Source: Candidatus Coatesbacteria bacterium (GTDB lineage Bacteria; JAFGND01). Taken from it: a DNA stretch of 36,847 nt. The position numbers and the translations under genes are program-made. Of the stretch, positions 36,236-36,847 are shown in pieces. The DNA is taken from NCBI GenBank assembly GCA_016927185.1, contig JAFGND010000027.1, forward strand, positions 1 through 36,847, written 5' to 3'. Below the pieces are notes generated by a model. It was given only the letters and a program-made list of their open reading frames with translations. It did not search any database and was not told the origin of the DNA. Position 1 is the first letter of the stretch. Each line of letters begins with the position of its first letter.

Positions 36236-36847
36236 TTACCTCATCTTCACTATCCTCTTTGTTTCCTTTCCTGACTTAACTATATAAACTCCCTCTCTCC
36301 ATTTGCTAGTATCAAGAGAATGCTTGCCCTTATTCAGTTTTGTAATAAGCTGACCGGTCAGGGAATAGATTGCTCCTGAAGATGGCAGGGAAATCGTAAG
36401 TCTGTCTGAGAATGGATTTGGGGAAACTGAGAAGGATTTGTTTGGAATATAAGAAGATGATTTATCATCTTTGAAGCCAGTATAACCATAGGTTTCAATT
36501 GCATAAAGATATGTATCACAACTTCCAACATAAACAACTCCATCTGAGACACAAGGAGAAGATTCAACCATTCTACCTGTCTCATATCTCCATTTAGGAG
36601 TTCCGTCAGAGCAGTTTATTGCATAAAAATAATCATCACAACTTCCAACATAAACAACTCCATCAGAGACACAGGGAGAGGAGGAAACATTATCACCTGT
36701 TTGATATCTCCATTTAAAAGTTCCATCTGAGCAGTTTATTGCATAAAGATAATTATCCCAACTTCCAACATAAACAATTCCATCTGAGACACAAGGAGAG
36801 GAGAAAACATAACTATCTGTCTTATATTTCCATTTAAGAGTTCCATC
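36236..36847 (-). CDS. PQQ-like/BamB-type beta-propeller repeat protein with T9SS type A-like C-terminal sorting domain (5' end outside window)
   Basis: Frame stays open to the window edge; 40-aa repeats KWRYxT...SSPCVSDGVVYVGSxDxYLYAI; C-terminus SPNPF...IYSLTGQLI...GVYIVK...KRIVK. Confidence 0.85.
   Translation of the reverse strand, partial: DGTLKWKYKTDSYVFSSPCVSDGIVYVGSWDNYLYAINCSDGTFKWRYQTGDNVSSSPCVSDGVVYVGSCDDYFYAINCSDGTPKWRYETGRMVESSPCVSDGVVYVGSCDTYLYAIETYGYTGFKDDKSSSYIPNKSFSVSPNPFSDRLTISLPSSGAIYSLTGQLITKLNKGKHSLDTSKWREGVYIVKSGKETKRIVKMR
36500..36847. repeat. About 120-bp tandem coding repeats (about 3 copies visible)
   Basis: GCATAAA...CAACTTCCAACATAAACAA recurs at 36501, 36621 and 36741. 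Confidence 0.9.

Noticed and set aside
36500-36847. Regular repeats as a possible CRISPR array or DGR template/variable repeat
   Set aside because: The period is 120 bp, in frame, and encodes propeller blades with no unique spacers; no cas or reverse transcriptase gene is in the window.

Overview
Bacterial chromosomal window, nearly all genes on the - strand. The host lineage is uncertain; a T9SS-type C-terminal sorting domain hints at an FCB-related group. Housekeeping genes are lnt, pssA and clpC on the left, and uvrD/pcrA, folP, ftsH, pyk, a lytic transglycosylase, an HgdB-like protein, rsfS, two B12 radical SAM enzymes, a degenerate sirtuin, a C4 zinc-ribbon protein and two tRNAs on the right. 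Between clpC and uvrD sits a compact, apparently intact ~15 kb siphovirus-type head-tail module (6825-21876). It encodes TerL, portal, scaffold, decoration, major capsid, connector, tail tube, a tail chaperone with an intact -1 frameshift, tape measure, tail-tip genes, a MAF/DUF115 glycosyltransferase-like protein and a holin-like protein. I see no integrase, repressor, replication gene, small terminase or endolysin in it, and terL has a near-consensus sigma70 promoter. My leading hypothesis is a domesticated gene-transfer-agent (GTA)-like system; a recently truncated prophage cannot be excluded from sequence alone. The AT-rich first 1.9 kb holds three paralogous 23-24 aa hydrophobic peptide genes missed by the ORF track, behind two sigma54-type promoters and among repeated hairpins. 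Other oddities are a pyruvate kinase-ferredoxin fusion and a probable pseudo-sirtuin. All family calls come from motif recognition by eye; no database search was run.
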